Below, piece after piece: positions 25,240 to 36,256 of a stretch of DNA of 64,000 bases. Source of the DNA: Schmidtea polychroa. Lineage: Eukaryota. The notes below the pieces were generated by a model that ran no database searches, had not been told where the DNA came from, and worked only from the letters and a program-made list of their open reading frames with translations. The DNA is taken from assembly GCA_044892525.1 (NCBI GenBank), contig CM097885.1, forward strand, positions 19,346,001-19,410,000, read 5' to 3'. Both the position numbers and the translations under genes were made by a program. Position 1 is the first letter of the stretch. Every line of letters begins with the position of its first letter.

Positions 25240-25295
25240 TATACTGTCACATTATGAAAATAAATATAAAAACATAAAAAATCAAAACAGGATAT

Positions 25296-25322
25296 CCAAT
25301 AAAAAATTTTTTTCTAAAAATG
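25296..25322 (+). promoter_or_regulatory. CCAATAAAA-ATG motif (19 nt from CCAAT to ATG)
   Basis: Same spacing at 38062-38088 (+) and 1967-1941 (-). Confidence 0.55.
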
Positions 25323-28300
25323 AATTGTAATATTTGTAATAAAGTTTTTAAAAATAAAACTGGATTAATTTCTCACTTAAAATCGAAAGCTCATTTATTA
25401 AAAGAAAACAATCTTAATGATACAAATTCAAAAGTTTGTCCTAAATGTAAAGGAAGATTTTTACATTCTGGATATAATAAACATTTTGAAAATTGTATCG
25501 GGAAAAATAGAGAAATATTTACATGTTCTCACTGTAACTTTTCAACAAAAGTAAATTTCTATTATTTAGAACATATAAAAGAATGTAAAAATAAAAAACA
25601 AAATTCTGACGATGAGGAATGTCATTCAGAAGGAGAACCTGATCATGTTGAAAGAGAAAAATATAACTGGGATGATTTTAATCATGTAGATGAATTTCAA
25701 TTAGAAATCAATGGACCTATAACTCCTGGAGAATATATAAATAAAAATAAAAAAAATATTAAAAATTCTTTCACTGAAGCTTTAAAAAATTATAACCCGA
25801 CAAGGTATAATGTTATAAAATATAAAATTATAATCAAAGCAAAATACTGGCGAGGAGCAGAAGAAAAGACAACACCTTTAGATGTTGAAATTGGAATACC
25901 CTTTAAATATTTATTTTCAACTAAATGATTTGATAAAACCATCAAAGAAATAATTCAAGCAGTAGAAACAAAACAAGAAGAGGTTGAAAATGAATTAGGA
26001 GATTCAAACTTAGTATTCAACTCTTTCCAAACTTTAGTGATTGATTATTGGAGAGGATTACCACCTAATCCTAAATCTTATATTCCTACACCCTTTAAAT
26101 CTAAAAATGTTATAAACATACAGAATAATGATAACAAATGTTTCGTCTGGTCAATACTTGCACATTTACACCCTCGAGAATCAAACCCTCAAAGAGTTTC
26201 AAAATACAAACAATATGAAAATGAATTAATATTTCCCAAAGGATTCAAACATCCAATGAAACTAGAAGACATTCCAAAATTTGAAAGTTTAAATAATCTT
26301 AAAATTAATATTTATGAACGTGTTAAAGGGAAACATGTTAATAGCAGAGAAATTATTCCAATTTATATTTCAGATTATGAAGTTAGAGATAATGAACCCC
26401 AGGATAACACTAGGGAGATATATCTTTTAATCTTGGAACAACAAAATAATCAACATTATGTTTTAATAAAAAACTTTCAAGCTTTTACATCACCAGAGAA
26501 TCCAATTAGTGGAGGAGGAACATGTAAAAGATGTCTTCATTATTCAACAACTAAAAACTCTATGATTAAACATACAAGATTTTGTGAAAAAGATGATCCA
26601 GCTTTAATTAAAATGCCTAATAATCCCAAGATGTATTTTAAAAACTTTTCAAATTTACTACAAACAGTAGGAGTGCTTTATGGGGACTTTGAATCTATAA
26701 ATCGTAAACAAGATTTGGTTAAACAATATTTAAAAATAATAGAAAAAAATAAACTCATGGATTCCTGGAACTCCCCAGGAGAGAAGATGAAACCAGAGAG
26801 GATGAAAGCCTTTCTAAGAAAAAGGAATAAACCTAATAGTGTTAAAAAAACTAAACAATTACCATCTGCTTATAAATTATTATTTAAAAGTAATTATCCT
26901 GAACTCATAGAATCTAGAGAATAAACATTTCAAGGAATTTCAGAAACAGAAGTCTTGAATCATTTTACTAAAAGTATAAATGATCTAGAACATGAAATAT
27001 TTAAAGTATTAAAAACAAACTATCCTCAAAATATTTCTAATCAACAACAACAAGAATATGAAAACACTTCCAACTGTTGGATGTGTAAACAACCATTTGA
27101 AGAGTCTCCGAATATAAAAGTCCTCGATCATGATCATTTAAAAAAGGAAAATAATTATCGAGGAGCAGCTCATAAAAATTGTAATCTTAATTGTCATACT
27201 CCTAAATTTGTACCTGTTATATTTCATAATCTTTTTGGTTATGACATACATCTATTTATTAAACATTTAGCAGCAAATGCTAAAAACTCTTTCAAAGTTA
27301 TAGGACTTACAAAGGAAAAATATAAATCAGTTGAATATGGAAAATTAAAATTTATAGACTCGTTAAACTTTCTTCAAATGTCTCTAGATGGAATAGCTAA
27401 AACAATGAAACCAGAAGATTTTAAAATCACTCGAGAATTCTTGGAAAAAAGTAATATTCCTCTAGAAGAATATCCTACATGTTTAGCAAAAGGAATATAT
27501 CCTTATGACTATGTTGACTCGTTTGAAAGATATAATGAAACAAGTCTTCCTAGCCAAGAAGATTTCTATTCACAACTTCAAAAAAATCATATTACAAATC
27601 AAGAATATTCTCGAGCAAATAAAATGTGGGAATTATTCAAGTGTAAAACTTTAGGAGAATATACAAGTATGTATTTATCCTTGGATGTTTATATTCTAGC
27701 AGATTGCTTTGAAGAATTTACAAAATCTTTTGTTCTTAAACCTTACAATTATATAACAGCACCCTCTTTAGCTTGGGATACTTTATTATATACCATTTGG
27801 ACTTCAAATATAGAAGAAGCTGATAAAATTATAGATCTTTTAACTAACCTCAGTATGTTTAATCTAATTAAAACAAACATTAGAGGAGGAGTCTCTTCAG
27901 TAATGGGGAATAGAGAAATAAAAGCTAGAAATGAAATAACTACTAGCAGAATGCTTTCAAAGACCTCTGATCCATATATAAAAATTAACAATGAGGAATT
28001 AAAAGAAATATTAGAAACAATGAAAAATCCTATATTTATACTTTATATAGATGCAACAGCTTTATATTCAGGAATTATGACTCAATATTTACCAATAGGT
28101 GATTTCATTGAAATAGAATCATCAAAAGATCTTATAAAAGAAATACTTTCAACACCTAAAGATTCTCCAATAGGTTACTTTGTAGAATGTGACTTATTAT
28201 ATCCAGATGATATAAAATCAGGAACAAGATATTTCCCATTAGCTCCTGTAAGAAGAAAGATTGATATCAACGAACTTTCTGAATGGCAAATCTCACAAGA

Positions 28301-29636
28301 TAAACCTCCAACAATGAAACTTCTTTGTGATCAAACAGATCGAAGGTTTTATCTTTGTCACTATAGACTCCTCCAATTTTATCTTTCACGAGGTATGATA
28401 TTAAAAAAAGTTCATAGTGTCATAAGATTTAAACAGAGGCCATTCATGAAAGCTTTTATCGAGGAGAACATTAGATGTCGAAACATTGCAAAAAGAGAAG
28501 GTAACCTTTTTAAAGATAATAATTATAAACTTTTAAACAATTCAGTCTTTGGGAAGACAATGGAGAATGTTGATAAATATACTCATATTGAACTCCTAAC
28601 TAATACTGCCAAAGATATTAAGCGTTATAATCGTATGCTAGGAAAGCCTACATTTAAAAACGCACAAGTATTTTCTGAAAGTCTTACTGCAATAGAACTA
28701 AAGAGTTTTGAGAAAACATACAACAAACCAATATTTATAGGGTTTTCAATTTTAGAACTTTCAAAATTACAAATGTATGAAACATATTATAACATCTTAC
28801 AACCTATATATGGTTCTAATATATCAATGCATGCAATGGATACAGATTCAATGTTTTTAACAATAAGAACTCATGATTTACAAAGAGATATAGCTGAAAA
28901 TCCTATACTTTCAAATTTAATAAATTCAACTGGAGAATTATTTTCATTTAAAGATGAAAAACCTTTTACTCCTATAGAAAATGGAATATTTATTCGTGCT
29001 AAACAATATTCATACGAAACATTTAAAAACCCTGAATTTATAACCCGAGAAATTATATTTAAAACCCCAGAAAAAGAGGAAATTATTTCATTTAAATATC
29101 CTATATTCCCTAAAGGACCAGAGGGACAAGAAGAAAAACCTGTAAAGGATAACAGATGTAAAGGAATACAGAAATCCGTTGCAAAGAATCTTTCTCATCA
29201 AGATTATATAGATACATTGAATCCAAATCATAAAGATAAAATTGATGAAGTGGATCAGATTAAAAGCGAAAACCATGATATTCACTTGATAGAATCTCAA
29301 AAAGTATCATTATCAAATTATGATGATAAGAGATTCATCCTAAGTGATTTAAAGACAACTCTTCCTATAGGAAATAATTTAATACTGATAATAAAAAATC
29401 TTGCTAGTTTGAATAAGTTATATGATACAAAGATTACTGATCTTGATATTTATAATGTTGAAATCATTTATCCCGAGAGAGAAATCGAGAAGCCTTTATA
29501 TTCTCAAGTTTTTAATCCTATACGTATGGAACTTAAATATTTTAATACTGATCCTGAATATATAAAAGGTCTAAGTGATAAAGAATTTAAAGATCATAAA
29601 TTAATGATTCAAAGGTTGGCTTTCAACGATATTTAA
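25320..29636 (+). pseudogene. Protein-primed DNA polymerase B (~1438 codons, two in-frame stops) with N-terminal C2H2 fingers and an HNH/endonuclease VII-type insert
   Basis: ORFs 25320, 26037 and 26955 share one frame (TGA 25926, TAA 26922). Motifs YGDFES, CWMC..DHDH..YRGAAH..CN, FHNLFGYD, KGIYPYDY, YIDATALY, KLLNNSVFGK, MDTDS, YDDKR. Confidence 0.95.
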
Positions 29637-29714
29637 TTTTTTAATAATAAAATGTCGACAATTAATTTAAGCAACTATAGCAACCTGATCTACTTTTTTA
29701 AAAATACACCCATT

Positions 29715-30323
29715 TTATAAATAAGAATTCTTTAACCATTTCTCCCGTTTAATTTTTTTAGAATATTCATTAGTTATAACATTAGCACTTTTTAATCTAT
29801 TAATATTATTTTTAATATCTTGTATTATTTGATTTGATTTCATTATTTCATCATCAGTTAAGATTCCATCTTCCAAAGCTTTTAATTGAAATAAAAATAA
29901 TTTAGAGATTCCTAATTCTATTGACAAACAAACTTCACGATATAAACTTTTCTTTTTTGAAGTATAAGATAATGAAACTATTTCAGTTAAGAAACCATCA
30001 GCTACAGAAATACTTCCAAGTATTACTGGCGCAAGTGTTAAAACTGGTAAAGTTATAGGTAAAATAACTGTTAATATTGCAGATGCAAATCCTAAAGAAT
30101 AACCTATAACTTTTAAAACTGTATTCCCTTTATTCCATCTATTTTTAATTTTTTTATAATGCTTTAATAAATCTTGTAAATGTAAGGTTTCTGATTTAAA
30201 TTCTTTTACTCTCATAATTTCAAGTTCTGTGGGAGCTGAAGGTCCCGAAGGTCCCGAAGGTTTGGGGGAATAATATCCTGATGACAATTCTGGGTAAACT
30301 TTTTCTTCTCTTACTTCTTCCAT
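29715..30323 (-). CDS. Polinton membrane protein (coiled coil plus hydrophobic hairpin)
   Basis: Intact 202-aa ORF; VIGYSLGFASAILTVILPITLPVLTLAPVILGSISVA. Confidence 0.7.
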   Translation of the reverse strand: MEEVREEKVYPELSSGYYSPKPSGPSGPSAPTELEIMRVKEFKSETLHLQDLLKHYKKIKNRWNKGNTVLKVIGYSLGFASAILTVILPITLPVLTLAPVILGSISVADGFLTEIVSLSYTSKKKSLYREVCLSIELGISKLFLFQLKALEDGILTDDEIMKSNQIIQDIKNNINRLKSANVITNEYSKKIKREKWLKNSYL

Positions 30324-30331
30324 TTTAATAA

Positions 30332-31309
30332 TTAAAAAAATAAGATTTTATTATCTGGTACCAATACTCGGATATCATAAGAGACTCTTGTTGAGAGAAT
30401 GTCTTTATACAATTCCATCAATGTTTTACGAACTTCATCAACATCAACCTTTTTTTCATAAAATATTAAATCTATATATTGTACAAGTGTGCTTTTAAAA
30501 ATAATATTCTTACTTTTAACTTTATGTGTTTTATGTGAATCAGTTTTATCATGCCAATATCCATGTGTTAAATCATAACCACTTATTATAACATCACCCT
30601 TTTCAAACTTACTATTATAATCACATTTCACAAACCATTTCATTCTTTCATTATCATCATCAAATAAAAAGAAATAAGGATCAATAATCTTTACAACCAT
30701 AAAAACACTCCATTCTTTACTATTTGTTGTTATTAAACTTGGTTCTATAAAATGTTTATATGTATGGGGTAATAATGTTTTATTCTGTTCTAATTCAGCA
30801 GCTCTTTTTCTAATACTATGTGTGGTGTTAATGTGTGTTGTATGAGATTCTAAATTTGAAAGTCATTTATTAAATGATGTAATCATCTCATTTATTATAT
30901 TATATATTGTATTAAATTTAGTATTCATAATTTGTTTATCTTTAGAATTTAATATACTAGTATTTAACTTTACAACTTGTTCAGTTAACAGACTTTGTAA
31001 CTTGTCAAATTTATCATTAAATCGTTGTTCGATATTATTAAGCTTTGATTCCATTGAATCAATTTTTGTTGTTAATGAACTTTCAATTCTTGTTGTTGTT
31101 AAATCAGTATAATTTTTATTAGCAGCATCACCTTCATCAATTGGTAAAGATAAATCTTTTATCTTGTGTCCATTTAAATTTAAAACTCCCTTCATTGAAT
31201 CACCTCTTTCATTAATATATTTATTTTCTGTTAAAGTTAATATTTCTTCTGTATTAAACCCTGTTTTTATTGTTCCACCACCTCTATTACAAGGAATATA
31301 AGAACTCAT
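30332..31309 (-). pseudogene. Putative fiber/spike protein with one in-frame stop
   Basis: ORFs 30863-31309 and 30332-30700 are in one frame with an open linker after the TGA. GDSMKGVLNLNGHKIKDLSLPIDEGDAANKNYTD is a tail-fiber-type motif followed by a coiled coil. Confidence 0.6.
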
Positions 31310-31349
31310 TTATTAATAATTTAAAATGGACGGAGTCCCCTGAGAGGAA

Positions 31350-32087
31350 CTAAACCTGTTTCAAATGTAAATACATTGAAATCTCTTCTCCATTAAAATC
31401 AATCAATTCTCCTTCTTGATTAAGAATTTTAAAATTAATATCCATTATATATTTTCTACATAAAGGTAAATAATTTGGAGGATTCATTCTTTCAACTATT
31501 TTATATCCCATAGGAACTGTGTTTGAGGGAAAGGAATATAAAATATTACTTTGTTTACCATTATTATAAGAACCTGTTATACAATCGCAATGAATATTTA
31601 TTGTGTTTGTATTTATTATTTTTATAATATTTTCTGATGTAACTTCAGGTGTGGTATAATGGTTTTGTGTAAATCCTAAAATTGTTCTAAAGAAACTATT
31701 ATTTTGAAACCTAAGTCCTATATTCTTTCAAGTCATTATACATTTTGAAGTTGGTAAATCTATTTTAATTTCAATAGCTCCATTTGTTTTTTTAGAAAGT
31801 ATATTATTTAAATCTTATATCTTATAAGCCCCGGGTTCTATTATTATTATGTTATACTCCGTTTTTGGGGGGCTTACATAACTAAATGTGTTAATATCTT
31901 TAGTTATATTAAAAATAGTATTATAAGCACAAAACCATAATAGACCTAATTCATAATTTAAATTTTGATCTAATTTTATTGAATCTTCAAAATTTATAGT
32001 AAAGTCTGATTCTTTTGAATTTATAGATAAAGTTCTTGAATATTTATCTGACATTATGTTTACCATTTTTTTAAAATTATCTTCCAT
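31350..32087 (-). pseudogene. Minor capsid protein (penton), disrupted
   Basis: YNTIFNI...IEPGAY, then past stops ILGF, INIHCDCITGSYNNGKQSNILYSF, GYKIVE..PPNYLP, NQEGELIDFNGEEISMYLHLK. Confidence 0.85.
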
Positions 32088-32090
32088 TTC

Positions 32091-32576
32091 TTATAGTAGA
32101 GATTTTAAATCATTATAAATTTCTTGGATTAAGGAAGTGAAACAGTAGTCCCCTTTGGACAGAGTCCCTTGAGATTTATTCAATCTATACAAAACATATA
32201 AGCTTAAAATACCACATATTTTAGTATTATTAGGTTGAACTTGTAAAGAATTAAAAGTATAGTCTCTCTTCGAGCTTACTCCGGACAGATAGTCTTCAAC
32301 TTCTTTAGTGGGTTTAATCCCAAAAGAATCAAAGTAGATTGGGACTTCGTCCATATATATACAAACCCAATGAGATCCTTTTTCATTTGAATTTTGATAA
32401 TTGATTATTATATTCTTTGGAGTGACCCTTTGACCTTTGACCTTCGGACCTTTCAATTCATTATTCATTAATATTTTTATTTTTAAATTTAAATAATCTG
32501 CATAATCTTTTAAATCAAAATTTGTTTTTGCATTTATTCCAAATGTTTTTAAAAAATCTAATATTGAAGGAGTCAT
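32091..32576 (-). CDS. Adenain-like cysteine maturation protease
   Basis: IIN...GSHWV, YFDSFG, Q....ICG; intact ORF. Confidence 0.9.
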   Translation of the reverse strand: MTPSILDFLKTFGINAKTNFDLKDYADYLNLKIKILMNNELKGPKVKGQRVTPKNIIINYQNSNEKGSHWVCIYMDEVPIYFDSFGIKPTKEVEDYLSGVSSKRDYTFNSLQVQPNNTKICGILSLYVLYRLNKSQGTLSKGDYCFTSLIQEIYNDLKSLL

Positions 32577-33418
32577 TTTATATACTTATTAAATTTATCT
32601 TTTGAAATTATTCCTTGTTTTAACAAATCTTTAGAAATCTTTAAAATATCAGAATCTAAATTATTATGTCCTGCTTTTTTAGCTGCTAATAGTTTTCTTA
32701 ATTCAATAAAAAGATTGATTGGGTTTGCAGCCACAGGCATCCCCTTACCCTCTGTAACAACATAACCCCTTTCATTTTTATTTAAATAATTCTTTAAATC
32801 TTGAATATGTTTTGCTTTAGAACTACCATGTATTAATTTTATTAAGTTTAAAAATTTATCAATTTCTTCTTTCTTAACATCATCTGGAAGATATCCAGAA
32901 ATTAATCCATGAAAACCATCTGAAAGTTCAATGTCTACACGCTCTCTATTCATAAAAGTATTTGTTGAAATAATCGCTGGATTATTTTTTGAATTTAAAT
33001 ATATATAAAATTTTTGATTATTAATTGTTATTGTTTGAAAACCTCTAGGATCATAACCTATAGTAGGTATAATTGATTTAGCTAGTGATGTATTAATTTT
33101 AAAATTAACTGGAGTCTTAAGAGGTGTTAATCTTGAAAGAAATTCATCTTCTTCTAAATCAATAGTATTTCTACGTTTTCTTAAACCCATTAATCTTGAT
33201 AATTCCTTTTCAGAAGGTTCTATAGCTTTAAGTTCAGGGGTTAGAGGAGTTTCTATAGTTTTAAGTCCCTCTATAGCTTTAATTGTTGGCCCCTGTTGTT
33301 GTGTTATTACCTCATTTAATATTATAGATTCAGCATGTTGAGTTGTATCTTTTTTATTATATTTATCTTGTTCTGATTGTAATTTTTTTAAAAGTGCTAA
33401 TCTTTCTTCATATACCAT
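32573..33418 (-). CDS. Conserved Polinton protein of unknown function (possible core protein)
   Basis: Intact 281-aa ORF; C-terminal GKG...LRKLLAAKKAGHNN motif typical of this gene slot. Confidence 0.65.
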   Translation of the reverse strand: MVYEERLALLKKLQSEQDKYNKKDTTQHAESIILNEVITQQQGPTIKAIEGLKTIETPLTPELKAIEPSEKELSRLMGLRKRRNTIDLEEDEFLSRLTPLKTPVNFKINTSLAKSIIPTIGYDPRGFQTITINNQKFYIYLNSKNNPAIISTNTFMNRERVDIELSDGFHGLISGYLPDDVKKEEIDKFLNLIKLIHGSSKAKHIQDLKNYLNKNERGYVVTEGKGMPVAANPINLFIELRKLLAAKKAGHNNLDSDILKISKDLLKQGIISKDKFNKYIK

Positions 33419-33440
33419 TTTTATGGTATTAAAAATGGTA

Positions 33441-34052
33441 TCAATGGGGTTCGAAGGGCTTCAAGTATAAACCTTTACCATTTTTAGTTTTACAAAGGCA
33501 TCCATTCTTTAAAGATTTACATATTTTTTTTAAATCATCTTTATCTTTTGAAGATAAAGATTCAGATGTAGAAATTTGATTTTTTAAGAAATCATTTAAA
33601 CCTCTACCTTTATAAGGATCAAGATAGAGACCCTTTCCCTTGGACAGAGTCCCCTGAGACTTTTGACCTTCAGACAGAGTCCCCTCATATGGATTAAGAT
33701 AGAGGCCTTTTCCCTTAGCTTGCCCTACCTTCTTCATTGAATCGATTTCAGTTTGTAGTTTTTCTTTTTCTAGGTCTGTCTTTTGAGATTCTTTATCTTT
33801 TTGAACTGTAGTTGCAATTCCTCCAGCTATTCCAGCAGCACCTGATAAACCAGCAATGATTGCAGGTATTAAAGCAGCTAATGGAAGAATGCCGCCTTCT
33901 TTAGTCGAAGAGCCCTTCAGCTTCGCTCTAACTTGTTCTTTTACATGTTTTCCAATAAAATATTTTTTACCATCAATTACTACTGATTTATTTTTATTTG
34001 AATTTATTAATTCTTGCAAAGATTCTTCAGTAGAGGAACTCTTCGAGGTCAT
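33441..34052 (-). CDS. Adenovirus pX-like core protein
   Basis: EGGILPLAALIPAIIAGLSGAAGIAGG resembles the adenovirus pX GG-cleavage/hydrophobic helix; repeated GKGLYL.P motifs. Confidence 0.65.
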   Translation of the reverse strand: MTSKSSSTEESLQELINSNKNKSVVIDGKKYFIGKHVKEQVRAKLKGSSTKEGGILPLAALIPAIIAGLSGAAGIAGGIATTVQKDKESQKTDLEKEKLQTEIDSMKKVGQAKGKGLYLNPYEGTLSEGQKSQGTLSKGKGLYLDPYKGRGLNDFLKNQISTSESLSSKDKDDLKKICKSLKNGCLCKTKNGKGLYLKPFEPH

Positions 34053-34067
34053 TTTACAATAAATAAA

Positions 34068-34880
34068 ATGGATGTACGAAGTCCAAAAATTTGGAAACCA
34101 ATTTTAAATAGACATAAATCTAAATTTAATAATAAAGTATTTCCTGATAATTTTAGATTATTAATTGTTGGATCTTCTGGATGTGGAAAGAATGTACTTG
34201 TTTTGAAAATGTTACTTGAAGATGGTTTTTTAGATTATAATAATTTAATCTTTTATTCTACAACCATAAATCAACCAGAATTACAACTTTTGAAATGTGG
34301 ATTTGAAAATAAATTAACTAAAAAAGCTATAATTGATATTTTTAAAAATCAACATAGATGTCCTGAAGAGGTTTTTCAACCTTGTGATATGGTTGATTGG
34401 TATAAGGAAAAGATTTTAGAATCAGATATTAGTAATAAAAATGATTACATCTGTGAAGATGAGGGGCAGGCAGAGGCGATTCAAGTTTTATTCTCTAATA
34501 AACCTGAAGATGTTTTACATTGTGATTTACTTCCTAAAGATAAAAAGAATCTAGTTATATTTGATGATGTTGTTAACATGAAAAATCAAGAGATTCAAAA
34601 GAGTTACTTTACAAGAGGAAGACATAATAATTGTAATGTTATTTATATATCTCAAACTTATTATGCTTTAGATAAAAACTCTATAAGAAATAATTCTAAT
34701 TGTTTTAAATTTTTTAAATTAGATCGCCGTGATAAGAATATGATTTATAATGATTTATTTTCAAATGTTGAACCTGATAAGAATATGTTTGATATGTTTG
34801 TTGATAATCATTGGAGAGAAAAATATAATTATATTTATTTGGATAGAGAAGAAGCTGAAATATGGAAAAGTGTTTTTTAG
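34068..34880 (+). CDS. A32/FtsK-like genome packaging ATPase
   Basis: Walker A GSSGCGKN, Walker B VIFDD, RGRH, ISQ, IRNN; start placed at MDVRS after AAAATG. Confidence 0.92.
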   Translation: MDVRSPKIWKPILNRHKSKFNNKVFPDNFRLLIVGSSGCGKNVLVLKMLLEDGFLDYNNLIFYSTTINQPELQLLKCGFENKLTKKAIIDIFKNQHRCPEEVFQPCDMVDWYKEKILESDISNKNDYICEDEGQAEAIQVLFSNKPEDVLHCDLLPKDKKNLVIFDDVVNMKNQEIQKSYFTRGRHNNCNVIYISQTYYALDKNSIRNNSNCFKFFKLDRRDKNMIYNDLFSNVEPDKNMFDMFVDNHWREKYNYIYLDREEAEIWKSVF

Positions 34881-35670
34881 AAATCTGTTTTCTGTAACTC
34901 ATTATTATAAAATCTACCTAATATTTTTTCATTATTTAAATCAATAATGCTATATTGTATAATTTATTTTATTTATAATAAAAATTTCATTTGTCCATTT
35001 TGCTGTGAATCCTTTTTCAAATTTATTTTTATATTTAAATATTCTTACTCGGTCACCAATTTTAAACTTTGGTTTTTCAATAACATCATTTTCAATATTT
35101 ACCACTTTAATGGTTTCAGGATTTATGGAAGCATTTAAAGGTGTTGATTTTATAGAACTATGTACATCATTATTATATTCATTTACAATCTTTTGTAACA
35201 ATTCATTGTTCCATTTTTGTTTTCCAATAGCCGTAAAATATTTCCACATTTTATTTTTTAATGTTCTATTTAATCTTTCAACCACAACTGCTTTTCCTTC
35301 GTTTTCTGTTGAATATAATTTAATATCATTTTCATTTAAAAACTTTGTAAAAACTTTGTTATAAAATTCTGTTCCTTTATCACACCATAAATATTTTGGA
35401 ATTCTTTGATGTTCTTCAAATATATTTTCAAATGCTTCTGTAATTGAATATCCTGTTTTGGTTTCTAAACGTCTTGCAAAAGCAAATCTCGTATATAAAT
35501 CTATTACTGTTAAAATTATTTTATATTTTTCAGGGTCTGATGATTTGGTTGGCATAAAGACTAAATCTGCATGTTTGATCTTTTTCATGTACTTGAACTT
35601 TTAAATATTTTTTATTTTTTCTAAATTCATGGTGTAATTCGTTGGCATATTTTTTTTGTGATTCTGTTGG
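34878..35670 (-). pseudogene. RVE integrase (frameshifted, no chromodomain)
   Basis: YANELHHEFRK, ADLVFM, LTVIDLYTRFAF, WCDKGTEF, VVERLNRTLK, KFKIGDRVRI, then frameshifted GRFYNNELQK. Confidence 0.92.
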
Positions 35671-36239
35671 GGTAATAAACTAGTCTTGGATATATTCTCG
35701 AGGGATCTTTCAGCATCTGCTTGTTCAATAATCTTTTTATTAGCAACATCTTTTGCCATCCTTGGTAAACTAGCACCTATGAAAATCTTACCTTTCATTG
35801 CTAATTTAACTAGAGCTCTTTGAATCTTTTCTTGGGTTGATGGATTTTGGATACTATTTAAATCATGTATTAAATTAACATCTGCAACATGTCTATCTCT
35901 AAGATCTTCTGAATTGTAAGCAATATCATGTTTTAAAGCTGCTTGGTCGATTCTATTTATTGGTTCTTCTCCTTGTTTGGGATTATTATTTTCATCTAAT
36001 CTAATATCTAATCTTGTTCCTGGTCCGGTATAGTTGTGTTTAAATAAATGTCTTTCACCTGGATATTTTTCTGTAGTAAAAGGTTTTAATATTGAAGATG
36101 TCACTTTTGAAGATTGTAGGTCGCCTCCGGCTCGTGGAATCATGTCGCCTCCTATATGTTTTTTAGTTTTTAGATGACTTGCTTTATGATGTCTTGTAAC
36201 TTGACAATTACAACTTTCATATCTCCAATAGAGAGACAT
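35601..36239 (-). CDS. Parvovirus-type phospholipase A2 domain protein (probably the N-terminus of a PLA2-integrase fusion)
   Basis: HNYTGPGT (Ca-binding loop) and NRIDQAALKHDIAY (catalytic HD); N-terminal C-x-C...H...H finger. Confidence 0.85.
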   Translation of the reverse strand: MSLYWRYESCNCQVTRHHKASHLKTKKHIGGDMIPRAGGDLQSSKVTSSILKPFTTEKYPGERHLFKHNYTGPGTRLDIRLDENNNPKQGEEPINRIDQAALKHDIAYNSEDLRDRHVADVNLIHDLNSIQNPSTQEKIQRALVKLAMKGKIFIGASLPRMAKDVANKKIIEQADAERSLENISKTSLLPQQNHKKNMPTNYTMNLEKIKNI

Positions 36240-36256
36240 TTTAAAATGTTAAAATA

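Noticed and set aside
34014..34067. N-terminal extension of the ATPase ORF
   Set aside because: Begins at a non-ATG codon and overlaps the divergent gene; ATG 34068 has the AAAATG context used by other genes of the element.
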